From positions 11,061 to 75,060 of the forward strand of contig CAZEOD010000005.1 of assembly GCA_964513675.1 (NCBI GenBank): a stretch of 64,000 nucleotides of DNA. Direction: 5' to 3'. This stretch comes from an uncultured Caulobacterales bacterium (GTDB lineage: Bacteria > Pseudomonadota > Alphaproteobacteria > Caulobacterales > Maricaulaceae). How positions within the stretch are numbered: the stretch's first letter is position 1; each line of letters begins with the position of its first letter. Below the pieces are notes generated by a model. It was not told where the DNA came from. It ran no database searches and was given only the letters and a program-made list of their open reading frames with translations. A program made the translations under genes and the position numbers. Shown here in pieces: positions 18,680 through 27,644 of the stretch.

Positions 18680-20112
18680 GGTTGCAACCTCCGAGCGGCA
18701 AAAAGACCGATAAAAACAATACCGAAAAGCCAAATTAAAAGGCTGATGATTGACCCGCTAGCCTGACGAAACCGTGTGGCTGCACGATCTGGCTTAAAGC
18801 TGAAATTTTGCAAAACTTGCCAATTTTCAGCGCTTATTCGGGCTTTTTTCCAGCCTTCTTCGCCTTTATTACGGTTGATATCATCAACATAACTCAATTT
18901 CTCAACATGAGCCGTATTCAACCCTTGGACAAACTCGTAACGCAAGACTTCTGCCTCTCGCAGGAAGCGGTGATGCGTTCGCAGATCTGTCCCCGCCAAA
19001 GCGCGCGAGGCTGCGCTAATAGCCACATAAGGTGAAAGAACGCCAAAACTATCAAGGCGTTTTGATTGCGCAAGTTCACGGGACATACGTTGTTCTGCAT
19101 ATTTATTCAGTGTCGCCGTCAATTCTTCTTCAGATCGCTGCGCCACAAGTCCGCGAAAATTCACGGGCAAATCATCGACGCTATCAACGCCGTATTGCGC
19201 CAAAATATTGCGCCTTAATTGTGCAAATGCTGGGTCTGCCGCATTATGCCCATCACCAAGTTTACGCATATCTTCATTCATGCGCATATCCGTGATGATT
19301 TTCCCTTCACTCGGCAGGCTGTAACTCGCCCATGTGACGGCCATACGCGGCACGATAAGAGCGCTAAATATCCAGATGAGAAGTAATAAACCCAGAGCAA
19401 TACCGCGGCTACGTACAAGGCAAGACACGGTTAATATGAGCGCGCCCCAAATCGAGAGGTAAAGACAATAAGCCCCGTAAAGCGATAAAGCAGCAAAGGC
19501 TGTTTCGCCTTGGGCCACGGCGAAAGCGCTTCCAAAAAGCGCCGGTAGACTTAAGCCAGCGATCAGCCCCAAAAGAGCCAGCGCCTTTCCTAAATAAAGC
19601 GTTGGCCCCTTAAGGCCCTGCGCCATGAGCGGAGCTAGTGTTTTGGTCTCTCGCTCTCTCACAATAGCGGCATGTCCAACGGCAATCAGCAAAAGGGGTA
19701 AAAATAATTGATAGATCAAGGCCGGCGTTAATCGGCCAAACCCGCCGGCGCGGGCTGCGCCGCGCGCCTGTGCAAACATAGCGGAATTTTGGCGGTGGCC
19801 TTCGAGGAAAATGGATTGCCCTGTGACGGCATCAACACCGGGGTCAAATTGCGCGAGCGGTGTCGGCGCGCGAAACACATAATGGCCATAATGCACCATA
19901 CGGTGCGGGTGACGATCCGGTTGATCTAAAAAACTTTGCTCGGCCTGTTCTTGTTGATGGAGCCGTTCATGCCGCATCTCTGCGACATGGCTTGCCGTTA
20001 AGAGTGATGTCACAATTAACAAAACCGAAAAAACAACCAGCCCGATTTGAACTAATCTTGACCGGAGCCAATAGCGCCATTCTTCGCGCGCGATTGTCAC
20101 AATTGCGCTCAT
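18676..20112 (-). CDS. DUF3526-type ABC-2 family membrane permease (first copy)
   Basis: 478 aa with the same architecture as its neighbour. An ATGA overlap joins it to the ATPase gene. Confidence 0.7.
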   Translation of the reverse strand: MSAIVTIAREEWRYWLRSRLVQIGLVVFSVLLIVTSLLTASHVAEMRHERLHQQEQAEQSFLDQPDRHPHRMVHYGHYVFRAPTPLAQFDPGVDAVTGQSIFLEGHRQNSAMFAQARGAARAGGFGRLTPALIYQLFLPLLLIAVGHAAIVRERETKTLAPLMAQGLKGPTLYLGKALALLGLIAGLSLPALFGSAFAVAQGETAFAALSLYGAYCLYLSIWGALILTVSCLVRSRGIALGLLLLIWIFSALIVPRMAVTWASYSLPSEGKIITDMRMNEDMRKLGDGHNAADPAFAQLRRNILAQYGVDSVDDLPVNFRGLVAQRSEEELTATLNKYAEQRMSRELAQSKRLDSFGVLSPYVAISAASRALAGTDLRTHHRFLREAEVLRYEFVQGLNTAHVEKLSYVDDINRNKGEEGWKKARISAENWQVLQNFSFKPDRAATRFRQASGSIISLLIWLFGIVFIGLFAARRLQP

Positions 20113-20825
20113 GATGCGGCCCTTTCAGCAAAGGCTTTATGCACGGTTTGCGTATCAATAGAGCTTTCGCCGTCAGCGCCAAATAGACCGACAAGTTCAC
20201 CGCGCCGTAAAAGCCCGATACGGTCTGCCACCTGACAAGCCCCATACACATCATGTGTGACCATCAAGATGGTGCGGCCTTCAAAGGCCAAAGCGCGGAC
20301 AAGACGATTAAATTCATCAATCGCCACAGGGTCGAGTCCTGAGGTGGGTTCATCGAGAAATAAAACCGGCGTATCGCGCAGCAATGCCAAAGCAATAGCA
20401 ACCTTCTGGCGCATACCTTTGGAATAAGTCTCCATTTTATGACCGCGTGAATCGGCTTGTAGGTTGACTTTATCAAGCGCCGCATCAAGCTCGTCTTGTG
20501 TTGGTTTACGTTTTGAAAGTGACAGAAAATAGCTGAGATTTTCATACGCATTTAAATGCGGATAAAGCGTGGCAGCTTCGGGGAGATAGGCTGTCATATC
20601 CCTGACTTTGGCCACATCCTCAGCAGGGCTAACCCCGTTAATCAAGGCCGAGCCTGATGCGATATTTATGAAACCCAATAAGGTTAAAAGAGCCGTTGAT
20701 TTACCGGCTCCATTACCGCCTAAAAGCGCAAAAACTTCGCCTTTCTCTATGGAAAAGCTAATGCCGTGAAGCACAGCTTTGCCGCTGCGCTCCACTTTCA
20801 AGTCTTTTACATCAATCATTGCCAT
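20109..20825 (-). CDS. ABC transporter ATP-binding protein (ABC-2/NosF-like)
   Basis: Walker A GGNGAGKST, signature YSKGMRQKV and Walker B VLFLDEPTSGLD. Start set at MAMIDVKDL to avoid overlap with the TBDR. Confidence 0.9.
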   Translation of the reverse strand: MAMIDVKDLKVERSGKAVLHGISFSIEKGEVFALLGGNGAGKSTALLTLLGFINIASGSALINGVSPAEDVAKVRDMTAYLPEAATLYPHLNAYENLSYFLSLSKRKPTQDELDAALDKVNLQADSRGHKMETYSKGMRQKVAIALALLRDTPVLFLDEPTSGLDPVAIDEFNRLVRALAFEGRTILMVTHDVYGACQVADRIGLLRRGELVGLFGADGESSIDTQTVHKAFAERAAS

Positions 20826-20833
20826 ATAAACGC

Positions 20834-23002
20834 CTAGAAGCTGTATCTTGCGGATATACGGAAACGACGCGGCGCTCCCGGCTGAACCCAAACATCCGCG
20901 AAAGAGTTTGTAAAAAAGGTTTCGTTAAAGATATTATCTACATCTAACCTTAAAGACACATTTTCGATAGGTTCAATTTCTGCAAAGGCACGCAGAGTTG
21001 TGTAATCTGGCAATGTAAAATCAGAACCAACAAAGCCGTTACGCTCGCCCACGTAAAGAAGCCCGCCGCCAAGCTGCGCCGGTATTGATCCGAAATCAAA
21101 GCCTTTCGCAAGCTGCACATTCAACTGATGATCGGGCGTATTGATAAGAGGATCGCCTGCATCAATCGTAAATCCAAACCCGTCAGCATCAGCAAAGCTA
21201 TTAACAAATTCAGCGTCCGTATAGGCGTATGAAACCCAAAGGCTTAGATTGTTTTCAAACTCGACATTGGCGTCAAATTCCACGCCCGTACTTTGCGCTT
21301 CACCTGCGGGAATGGAGAAAAATCCAACCGCAGTTGCTTCCGGTCTGTCATCATTAACAAGGAAATTGCTTTGATCGACTTGAAAGACTGTGAAGCTAAC
21401 CGCCCCTTGGATTGACTCATAAAATTGACCCAGATCCACTTTAACACCCGCCTCTAGCGACTCTGTGACATTGGGATCAAATTGATTGCCCTGAAAATCT
21501 TGGCCTGTTTGCAAGCGGAAGCCCTCACCGTAAGCGCCGTAAAGGCTCAGCCCATCATTAACCTGATAGACAACGCCGACTTGCGGTGAAAAACGGCTAT
21601 CCTCAGAGGTAATCGTCGCACCCCCGCCAAGGACATTGGTAAGATCTTGTTCAAAGTCATCAAAGCGCCCGCCAATTCGGATTTGAAGATTATCTGTAAC
21701 TTTAATTTGATCCTGAAAATAAAGCCCAAAGCCTTTCAGCACTTCGTTGCGGTTCGTATTCGGCGATGCATTTGGATTAAGATTAAGGCCAAAAATAGGG
21801 GTATTGACGTTTAGCAATAAATCTGCGGCAAGGTCGGCCTCAGTTAAATTATCCAAATCCCCTGAAAAACGGCTACGGAAACGGTCAATGATGAGTGTAT
21901 TATCAAATTCATCATAATCAGCGCCGACAATCAAGCTATGTTCAAATTGGCCTGTATTAAATTCGCCGGCTAACTCACTGCGTATGACGGCATAATCAGA
22001 GTCAAAATCACGAGAGCGGAAGAAACGCGCTATAGTTTCTCCGTCACGGAAAAACGTTTGACGCGAGCCAAATTGCGGCTCGAAAGCATCCCCCTCGAGG
22101 GTTGATTGACGATATCCAAACCCTGTTAATAAACTCCAATCTTCGTTAATCGTAAATTCTGTTTCAAACTGATGACCAAGGACTTCAGTTTCAATCGGAA
22201 CTGATTCGCCGACAAAGACATCGCGCGGTGAAAAACCAAAGTCTTCGGAAAAGACAACGCCGCGGTCAAACGGGTTTTCTTGCCGCGTGTACTCCAACTC
22301 ATAAGTCGCTTTGAATTTATCGCCAAAATCCACTGTGACAGATGGATAAAAGCCTAACTTTTCAAACTCGACACCTTCGCGGAAGCTCTCAGAATCTTCA
22401 TAAAACCCAACAAGACGAATACCAAGGCCATCGCCGTCACCAATTTCTGTTTGAGTTTGGGCATCCCCTTCGAGGCGGTATTGATTAAAGCTACCAACCG
22501 TGCCGCGAACATAGCCGCCCGTCTCAAATGTCGGTCGTTTCGTGATAAGATTAATCGTCCCGCCTGGCTCTCCACGTCCAAAGAGGGCCGCGCGCGGCCC
22601 TTTCAGGATCTCAACAGCTTCTATACCCGCCAAGTCACGCGGCCCACTAAATCCGCGCCCCGCATTAAAGCCGTTGACAAGAAAACCACTTGGTAAATTA
22701 ATATCGCCCGAAAATCCGCGAATAGAAAAGCTATTCCACAAGCCGCCAAAGTTATTTTGACGGGCCACAGACGCGGATAAATCTAAGGCTTCATCAAGAT
22801 TAAGCGCCCCCGCGATTGATAAAACTTTGCTATCAAGCGTAATTTCAGCTTGCGGAACTTCGAGAGGTTTGAAGTTACCTTTATAAGCCTGACGCAGTCC
22901 TGTGACGACAATCTCATCTTCATCTTGCGCAGAGGCCGGACTGGAGAGCGCCGCAAGGCAGATAGCCGTTGAGGCCAGACATAATAGTTTACGAGAACGC
23001 AT
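20834..23002 (-). CDS. TonB-dependent outer-membrane receptor (722 aa)
   Basis: Signal peptide, TonB box DEIVVTG, plug plus 22-strand barrel length, and a C-terminal ...RISARYSF. Confidence 0.92.
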   Translation of the reverse strand: MRSRKLLCLASTAICLAALSSPASAQDEDEIVVTGLRQAYKGNFKPLEVPQAEITLDSKVLSIAGALNLDEALDLSASVARQNNFGGLWNSFSIRGFSGDINLPSGFLVNGFNAGRGFSGPRDLAGIEAVEILKGPRAALFGRGEPGGTINLITKRPTFETGGYVRGTVGSFNQYRLEGDAQTQTEIGDGDGLGIRLVGFYEDSESFREGVEFEKLGFYPSVTVDFGDKFKATYELEYTRQENPFDRGVVFSEDFGFSPRDVFVGESVPIETEVLGHQFETEFTINEDWSLLTGFGYRQSTLEGDAFEPQFGSRQTFFRDGETIARFFRSRDFDSDYAVIRSELAGEFNTGQFEHSLIVGADYDEFDNTLIIDRFRSRFSGDLDNLTEADLAADLLLNVNTPIFGLNLNPNASPNTNRNEVLKGFGLYFQDQIKVTDNLQIRIGGRFDDFEQDLTNVLGGGATITSEDSRFSPQVGVVYQVNDGLSLYGAYGEGFRLQTGQDFQGNQFDPNVTESLEAGVKVDLGQFYESIQGAVSFTVFQVDQSNFLVNDDRPEATAVGFFSIPAGEAQSTGVEFDANVEFENNLSLWVSYAYTDAEFVNSFADADGFGFTIDAGDPLINTPDHQLNVQLAKGFDFGSIPAQLGGGLLYVGERNGFVGSDFTLPDYTTLRAFAEIEPIENVSLRLDVDNIFNETFFTNSFADVWVQPGAPRRFRISARYSF

Positions 23003-23105
23003 AGGTTCCTCCTGAAATATATAATTATAGATGTGATTAGGTCTCTACGGACAAGCCGAAGAGAGACGCTCGGTAGAGCTTAAAAGATGCTTGGTTTAAG
23101 TAGCC

Positions 23106-23450
23106 CTAGTGAGGCGGAGCACGCGGTTTGGATGCGCGCAAATCAGGCGGGTCGACGTTATTAACGTCATCGCGGCAAAGCATGAAATTGCTGCCGTGTA
23201 AAACCAAGAAATTAAAATCTATAGCTTCAAATCCCATAAAAAGAGATGTTGGCTTTGGCGGGACATCAAGATCAACATTATAATCCTGCGGGGAGACGGC
23301 GAGGCAGATAACGCACGGGCTCGGCTCAGGTGCGTGGTCTAGCTCATCATGGTTATGATGATGTGATGCTGCGGCGCTTTGTGCGAACATGAACGCGGAA
23401 ACGATAAGCAAGCCTATCGCTTTTCTTATATATTTCGATGTAAAAGACAT
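23106..23450 (-). CDS. Small secreted His-rich protein with a CxxC motif (possibly DUF2946-like)
   Basis: Signal peptide ...FAQSAAA followed by SHHHNHDELDHAPEPSPCVICLA. The start is the ATG at 23450 or the GTG at 23459. Confidence 0.55.
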   Translation of the reverse strand: MSFTSKYIRKAIGLLIVSAFMFAQSAAASHHHNHDELDHAPEPSPCVICLAVSPQDYNVDLDVPPKPTSLFMGFEAIDFNFLVLHGSNFMLCRDDVNNVDPPDLRASKPRAPPH

Positions 23451-23597
23451 TATCTTCACAACAGGGTCCCATCCACTCCAGAGCCGCTTAATGTAATAAC
23501 ATAACTGTTACAAGCCCTTTTAAGCCGCGTCCTTAAAATATTCATTGTCAGATTGCCGCATTGCAATGAAAAGGGCTGGTATGAGGAGAGGGGCATG

Positions 23598-23611
23598 ATG
23601 TTATATAACAG
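23598..23611. promoter_or_regulatory. Zur-box-like palindrome ATGTTATATAACAG
   Basis: The core TGTTAT|ATAACA is a perfect 12-bp palindrome, about 140 nt upstream of the His-rich gene. It resembles the TGTTAT/ATAACA arms of known Zur boxes. Confidence 0.45.
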
Positions 23612-23633
23612 ATTGATGCCGCATAAACGCCGC

Positions 23634-24080
23634 TTAGTGGACTTTGTTTTTACCTTTAGATTCCGGTGCAAGGCTATCGGGTAGCGCGACCGCACTGACG
23701 CCTTCGTCTTGCAGGGCTGCGGCTTGCTCAGGGGTAGCTCGCCCGTAAATACCGCGCTCAGCTTTTTCGCCGTAGTGAATGGCGCGGGCCTCTTCGGCGA
23801 AGTTCGCCCCAACATCTTCGCAGGTCTCGGTGATATGGCGGCGTATTTTATCCGCAACATCACTAACTCTTTCTAGGGCTTTCGCTTGAGTGTCGGCTAT
23901 TTTTTTCTGCCGGCGAGACGTCGAGACATTGGGCGCCATAATAGCCCGGTCAATATTGACCGCGCCGCAAATAGGGCAAGGAATTTGGCCTAGATCTCTT
24001 TGTTCATCAAAGGCTGCGCTAGATGAAAACCAGCCTTCAAACGCATGGCCGTGGGGGCATATCAAATCATAACGTATCAT
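23634..24080 (-). CDS. DUF1178 family zinc-ribbon protein
   Basis: N-terminal MIRYDLICPHGHAFEGWF...CPICG, typical of DUF1178. The position beside nitrilase-grxC is conserved in alphaproteobacteria. Confidence 0.75.
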   Translation of the reverse strand: MIRYDLICPHGHAFEGWFSSSAAFDEQRDLGQIPCPICGAVNIDRAIMAPNVSTSRRQKKIADTQAKALERVSDVADKIRRHITETCEDVGANFAEEARAIHYGEKAERGIYGRATPEQAAALQDEGVSAVALPDSLAPESKGKNKVH

Positions 24081-24085
24081 CGCGC

Positions 24086-24898
24086 CTAATATGAATAATC
24101 AGGATTATAATTCCAAGCGGGAATTTTGGCCCGCGCCGCGGTTACATCATCCAGATTAATCTCAGCGAGGCTATAACCCGGCTCATTATGTGGAAGCTCA
24201 GCACGAATATCGCCCCACGGCCCAATAATCATGGAATGACCCCATGTCGTGCGGCCATCCACATGGTGGCCGCCTTGTGCTGGCGCTATAATAAAACTGC
24301 CCGTTTCAATCGCCCGCGCCCGCAGTAATGTCTCCCAATGCGCCTGCCCTGTAGGTACCGTAAAGGCCGCCGGCGCGCTAATAATATGCGCCCCCGCTTG
24401 TCCGTAATGACGGTAAAGCCCAGCAAAGCGGAGATCATAGCAGATAGATAGGCCCAGCTTCACCCCGTCCATATCGGCTATTACCGCCTGTTCGCCTCTG
24501 TCATAAACGGAAGATTCTTTCCACGTTTCCGCACGGGATATGGTGACATCAAAAAGGTGAATTTTATCATATTGCGCTAATATTTGGCCCTTAGACCCGA
24601 ATAAAACAGCGCGGTTCACGGCGCGCCCTTCGCCGCTCTTAAACGCCATTGAGCCTATCAACAAATTAACCGATAGCTCCGCTGCAAGCGCTGAAAACGC
24701 CGCCACTTCGGCCGCCGAGTCTTGAGGGGATATCACGCTATGAAGCCGTTTCGGTGAACGCTGGATAATATTCGTCATTTCCGGCGTGGCAATAAAACTG
24801 GCCCCCTTCGCGGCGGCCGCTCGAATAAGATCACTGGCGCGCGCGATATTTTCGAAAATATCAACGCCGGAGCAAAGCTGAATAGCCGCGAGCTTCAT
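24086..24898 (-). CDS. Carbon-nitrogen hydrolase family protein (nitrilase/omega-amidase-like)
   Basis: E-K-C triad context: TPEM, KIHLFD and SICYDLRF. Confidence 0.85.
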   Translation of the reverse strand: MKLAAIQLCSGVDIFENIARASDLIRAAAAKGASFIATPEMTNIIQRSPKRLHSVISPQDSAAEVAAFSALAAELSVNLLIGSMAFKSGEGRAVNRAVLFGSKGQILAQYDKIHLFDVTISRAETWKESSVYDRGEQAVIADMDGVKLGLSICYDLRFAGLYRHYGQAGAHIISAPAAFTVPTGQAHWETLLRARAIETGSFIIAPAQGGHHVDGRTTWGHSMIIGPWGDIRAELPHNEPGYSLAEINLDDVTAARAKIPAWNYNPDYSY

Positions 24899-24904
24899 CC
24901 GCCT

Positions 24905-25168
24905 TTATAGGCCCAAAAGCTTATCAAGCTGGCCTTTACGCTCTAATGCATAAATATCATCACAGCCGCCAATATGTTTGCCGTCAATAAAAATTTGCGG
25001 AAATGTATTGCGCCCGCCCGAGCGCTTATTCATTTCAGCGCGTTTTTCACGGTCCATCGCGGCGGGGATATCAATAAAACTAACGCCCTTCCCTTTTAAC
25101 AAGCCTTTAGCGCGAATACAGAAGGGACAAAAAGCCTTTGTATACATTTCGATTTTAGGTTGGGACAT
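24905..25168 (-). CDS. grxC: Glutaredoxin 3
   Basis: 87 aa with a CPFC active site and TFPQIFI...GGCDD. Confidence 0.93.
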   Translation of the reverse strand: MSQPKIEMYTKAFCPFCIRAKGLLKGKGVSFIDIPAAMDREKRAEMNKRSGGRNTFPQIFIDGKHIGGCDDIYALERKGQLDKLLGL

Positions 25169-25225
25169 AATCAGGTCTCACTTTCGATCCTTATTTAAGA
25201 GGATTTTAGCGCGCTGCAAGCCTGT

Positions 25226-26044
25226 TCACAAGATCGTGTCTATTCCGAGACCATCTTGGGCATGGTCTTTCACGACCCGCGCCAATGTTAAGACGTCAAC
25301 ACGCGCCGCCCCGGCCCGTTTTAACACGCCCGCACAGGCTTCAGCTGTGGCCCCTGTGGTGAGGACATCATCAATTAAAATAAGATGTTTGTTTTTTATA
25401 TTTTCCCGCTGCGCCGCGTTTACACGGAACGCGCCCTGCATATTGCGGCGGCGGGCGCTTGCCGTTTTACCGCCTTGGCTGCTCGTCGCCTTTACCCGTT
25501 CAAGGCAATTTGCATCAAAATCTATATCCACCGCCTTTGATAAAGCGCGGGCTAAAAGCGCAGCTTGATTAAAGCGCCGCTTACGTAGGCGGTGTGGGTG
25601 TAACGGAACGGGAATAAGCCTATCCGCATCTGTAAATAGCTCTCGGCCCGCGCGTTTTAATTGCTGCGCAAACACAATCAAGCCATGGGTTTGACCGCCA
25701 TGTTTAAGCGATAAGATCGGCTGGCGGCTGATTTTATCATAGATAAACGCAGCGCGTGCGCGGTCAAATTGAGGCTGTTTAACCGTACAATTCCCGCAAA
25801 GCACATTCGCCCCAAGATCATAGGGAAATGGAAAGCCGCAGACAGCACATTGCGGCGAGTCAATAAAATGAACTCCGCTATCGATTCCATTATCAGACAG
25901 GGGCCAAAGGGGCTGCGGCGGAAACACCAAATCCAGCCCCTGCCCTGTTAGGCGGCGAAGCGGCGCGCCAATTATCCCATAGGGCACCCCATAAGGCTTT
26001 AATTTTGCGATTTGCAGCTTTCTTTTTGGGTTCATAACGCCCAT
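25226..26044 (-). CDS. ComF-family phosphoribosyltransferase-like protein
   Basis: N-terminal Cys pairs (CAVCG...CGNC) and the PRTase motif LILIDDVLTTGAT. Confidence 0.8.
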   Translation of the reverse strand: MGVMNPKRKLQIAKLKPYGVPYGIIGAPLRRLTGQGLDLVFPPQPLWPLSDNGIDSGVHFIDSPQCAVCGFPFPYDLGANVLCGNCTVKQPQFDRARAAFIYDKISRQPILSLKHGGQTHGLIVFAQQLKRAGRELFTDADRLIPVPLHPHRLRKRRFNQAALLARALSKAVDIDFDANCLERVKATSSQGGKTASARRRNMQGAFRVNAAQRENIKNKHLILIDDVLTTGATAEACAGVLKRAGAARVDVLTLARVVKDHAQDGLGIDTIL

Positions 26045-26053
26045 ATCCTCCCC

Positions 26054-26938
26054 ATGTCACAAAAGCCGACAGATCATCACGGCGCAAGCCCCGTAGCTAC
26101 GCCGCAAATCTTTAACGCGGATTTGCTTGCGTTAAAGCATCAACGCGCCGCACGCCGTAGAGCGCGGCTTGAGAGCCCCCAATTCATTTTTGCGCGAATA
26201 GCCGAGGACATAGCCGAGCGCCTTTTAATGATTAATCGCCGGTTCAAAACCGCTTTGATAATTTGCCCCGATGGGTTTGCCGCGCTTTTAAAGCCCAATC
26301 TTCATCCCGATAAACAGCCGCAACGTTTAATATCCTGTGCCTTGCAACAACTCGGCCCGACATTAAGACAGCATAGCCCCTTTGATCTGGTTATATCTGT
26401 GATGTCCCATCATAATGAGAACAATCCGCAAGGCCTGTTAAGCGCTCTTAAAGCCCATATGGTCGATGACGGGCATATCATGACGGTTTGTTTGGGCGGG
26501 GATAGCTTCAGCCATCTGCGCCAAAGCCTTTACATGGCCGATCAATCTCATTTCGGGGGAGTTGTTTCGCGCTTTCACCCCGTAATGGATATTCAGCGCA
26601 ATGTGCAGCTTTTAGCTCATTGCGGGTTTAACCTGACCATGGGCGATCGTGACCGCTTAACGGTGCATTATAAGAAGCTTACGACCTTAATAGATGATCT
26701 ACGTGATTTAGGAGAAAGCTATGCCTTAAATATAGTCCCGCCGCGGCGCACGACGCGGGAATATTGGGACATTGCGGCGCAAGTCTATAAGGAGAAATTT
26801 AGTGAAAATGACCGTCTCACGGCGCATTTTGACATTTTATGGGCGAGCGGCTGGACCCCGCATGACAGTCAGCAGAAACCCTTGAAACCGGGAAGCGGAA
26901 AAGTTCACTTCAGTGAAATTTTCAAAGGTGAGGACTAG
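26054..26938 (+). CDS. Conserved hypothetical protein, methyltransferase-like, divergent from comF
   Basis: The position divergent from comF-grxC is conserved in alphaproteobacteria. I could not find a clean GxGxG SAM motif (ALIICPDG). The ATG at 26054 is preferred to the TTG at 26012. Confidence 0.45.
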   Translation: MSQKPTDHHGASPVATPQIFNADLLALKHQRAARRRARLESPQFIFARIAEDIAERLLMINRRFKTALIICPDGFAALLKPNLHPDKQPQRLISCALQQLGPTLRQHSPFDLVISVMSHHNENNPQGLLSALKAHMVDDGHIMTVCLGGDSFSHLRQSLYMADQSHFGGVVSRFHPVMDIQRNVQLLAHCGFNLTMGDRDRLTVHYKKLTTLIDDLRDLGESYALNIVPPRRTTREYWDIAAQVYKEKFSENDRLTAHFDILWASGWTPHDSQQKPLKPGSGKVHFSEIFKGED

Positions 26939-26947
26939 GTCTTGAGC

Positions 26948-27157
26948 CTAATCAACATAGCCTGTATTTAAATCTTGCCGTCCAATTGTATTGCCTAAAA
27001 GGTCCATATCATTTGAAATCTCATTGCCCAAAACGCCAAGCGAAACAATCAGACCTACGGATAATAGGCCAGCCAAAATAGCGTATTCGATTGCCGTCGC
27101 CCCAGTTTCATCATGCCAGAATGAATGACAATATGTCTTGATCTGTTTAAGCTCCAC
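26948..27157 (-). CDS. Flp/Fap family type IVb pilin
   Basis: The leader ends ...DETG, immediately followed by ATAIEYAILAGLLSVGLIV, which is the G/XXXXEY prepilin processing motif plus a hydrophobic helix. GTG start with a GAGG SD, 2 nt after the mutT stop. Confidence 0.75.
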   Translation of the reverse strand: MELKQIKTYCHSFWHDETGATAIEYAILAGLLSVGLIVSLGVLGNEISNDMDLLGNTIGRQDLNTGYVD

Positions 27158-27159
27158 GA

Positions 27160-27588
27160 TTACCTCACAAACCGAGATCCCTTAGGTAAGTTATCTCGAA
27201 TATAATTCACAAGCGGAATATCCGCAGCCACCCAGTCTAGTTCCGACAACCGATCAGAATAGAGCCATTTAATGCTCTGGCCTTCGGTAGGGCGGACAAA
27301 ACCATCCCATTGCCGGCAAAGATATAAAAGCAAGGTAATCGACCGGTCCCCCGATGTATGCGTTGTGAAGGTCAAAGGCTGAACACATGTCTCGCAGGGT
27401 TCAATCTGTAATTCTTCATATAATTCGCGTACAATCGCGTGTTCAGGCGTCTCACCGGCTTCGATTTTACCACCCGGAAATTCCCATAATCCCGCATGAT
27501 CTTTACCAACTGGACGCTGCGCTGCCATTACACGCCCATCTCTATCAACAAGAGCACATGCAACCACAAATATAACGTCTTGCTGCAT
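27160..27588 (-). CDS. mutT: NUDIX hydrolase, MutT-like 8-oxo-dGTP diphosphatase
   Basis: Nudix box GGKIEAGETPEHAIVRELYEELQI. It lies downstream of argJ, as in many alphaproteobacteria. Confidence 0.8.
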   Translation of the reverse strand: MQQDVIFVVACALVDRDGRVMAAQRPVGKDHAGLWEFPGGKIEAGETPEHAIVRELYEELQIEPCETCVQPLTFTTHTSGDRSITLLLYLCRQWDGFVRPTEGQSIKWLYSDRLSELDWVAADIPLVNYIRDNLPKGSRFVR

Positions 27589-27644
27589 AATTAATCCATA
27601 TATATTAAAGGCGAGTGCTCAAACACGGTTAATAAACACTTAGT

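Noticed and set aside
23003-23105. Imperfect inverted repeat (CTCTAC...GTAGAG) between the His-rich gene and the TBDR as a riboswitch or attenuator
   Set aside because: The stem is short and interrupted and has no U-tract. The region is too short for known TBDR-associated riboswitches such as cobalamin. The evidence is insufficient.
23456-23863. 135-aa minus-strand ORF overlapping the 3' half of the DUF1178 gene
   Set aside because: It runs out of frame across a well-supported conserved gene and across the promoter region that holds the Zur-like boxes. The basic, low-complexity translation is typical of a shadow ORF.
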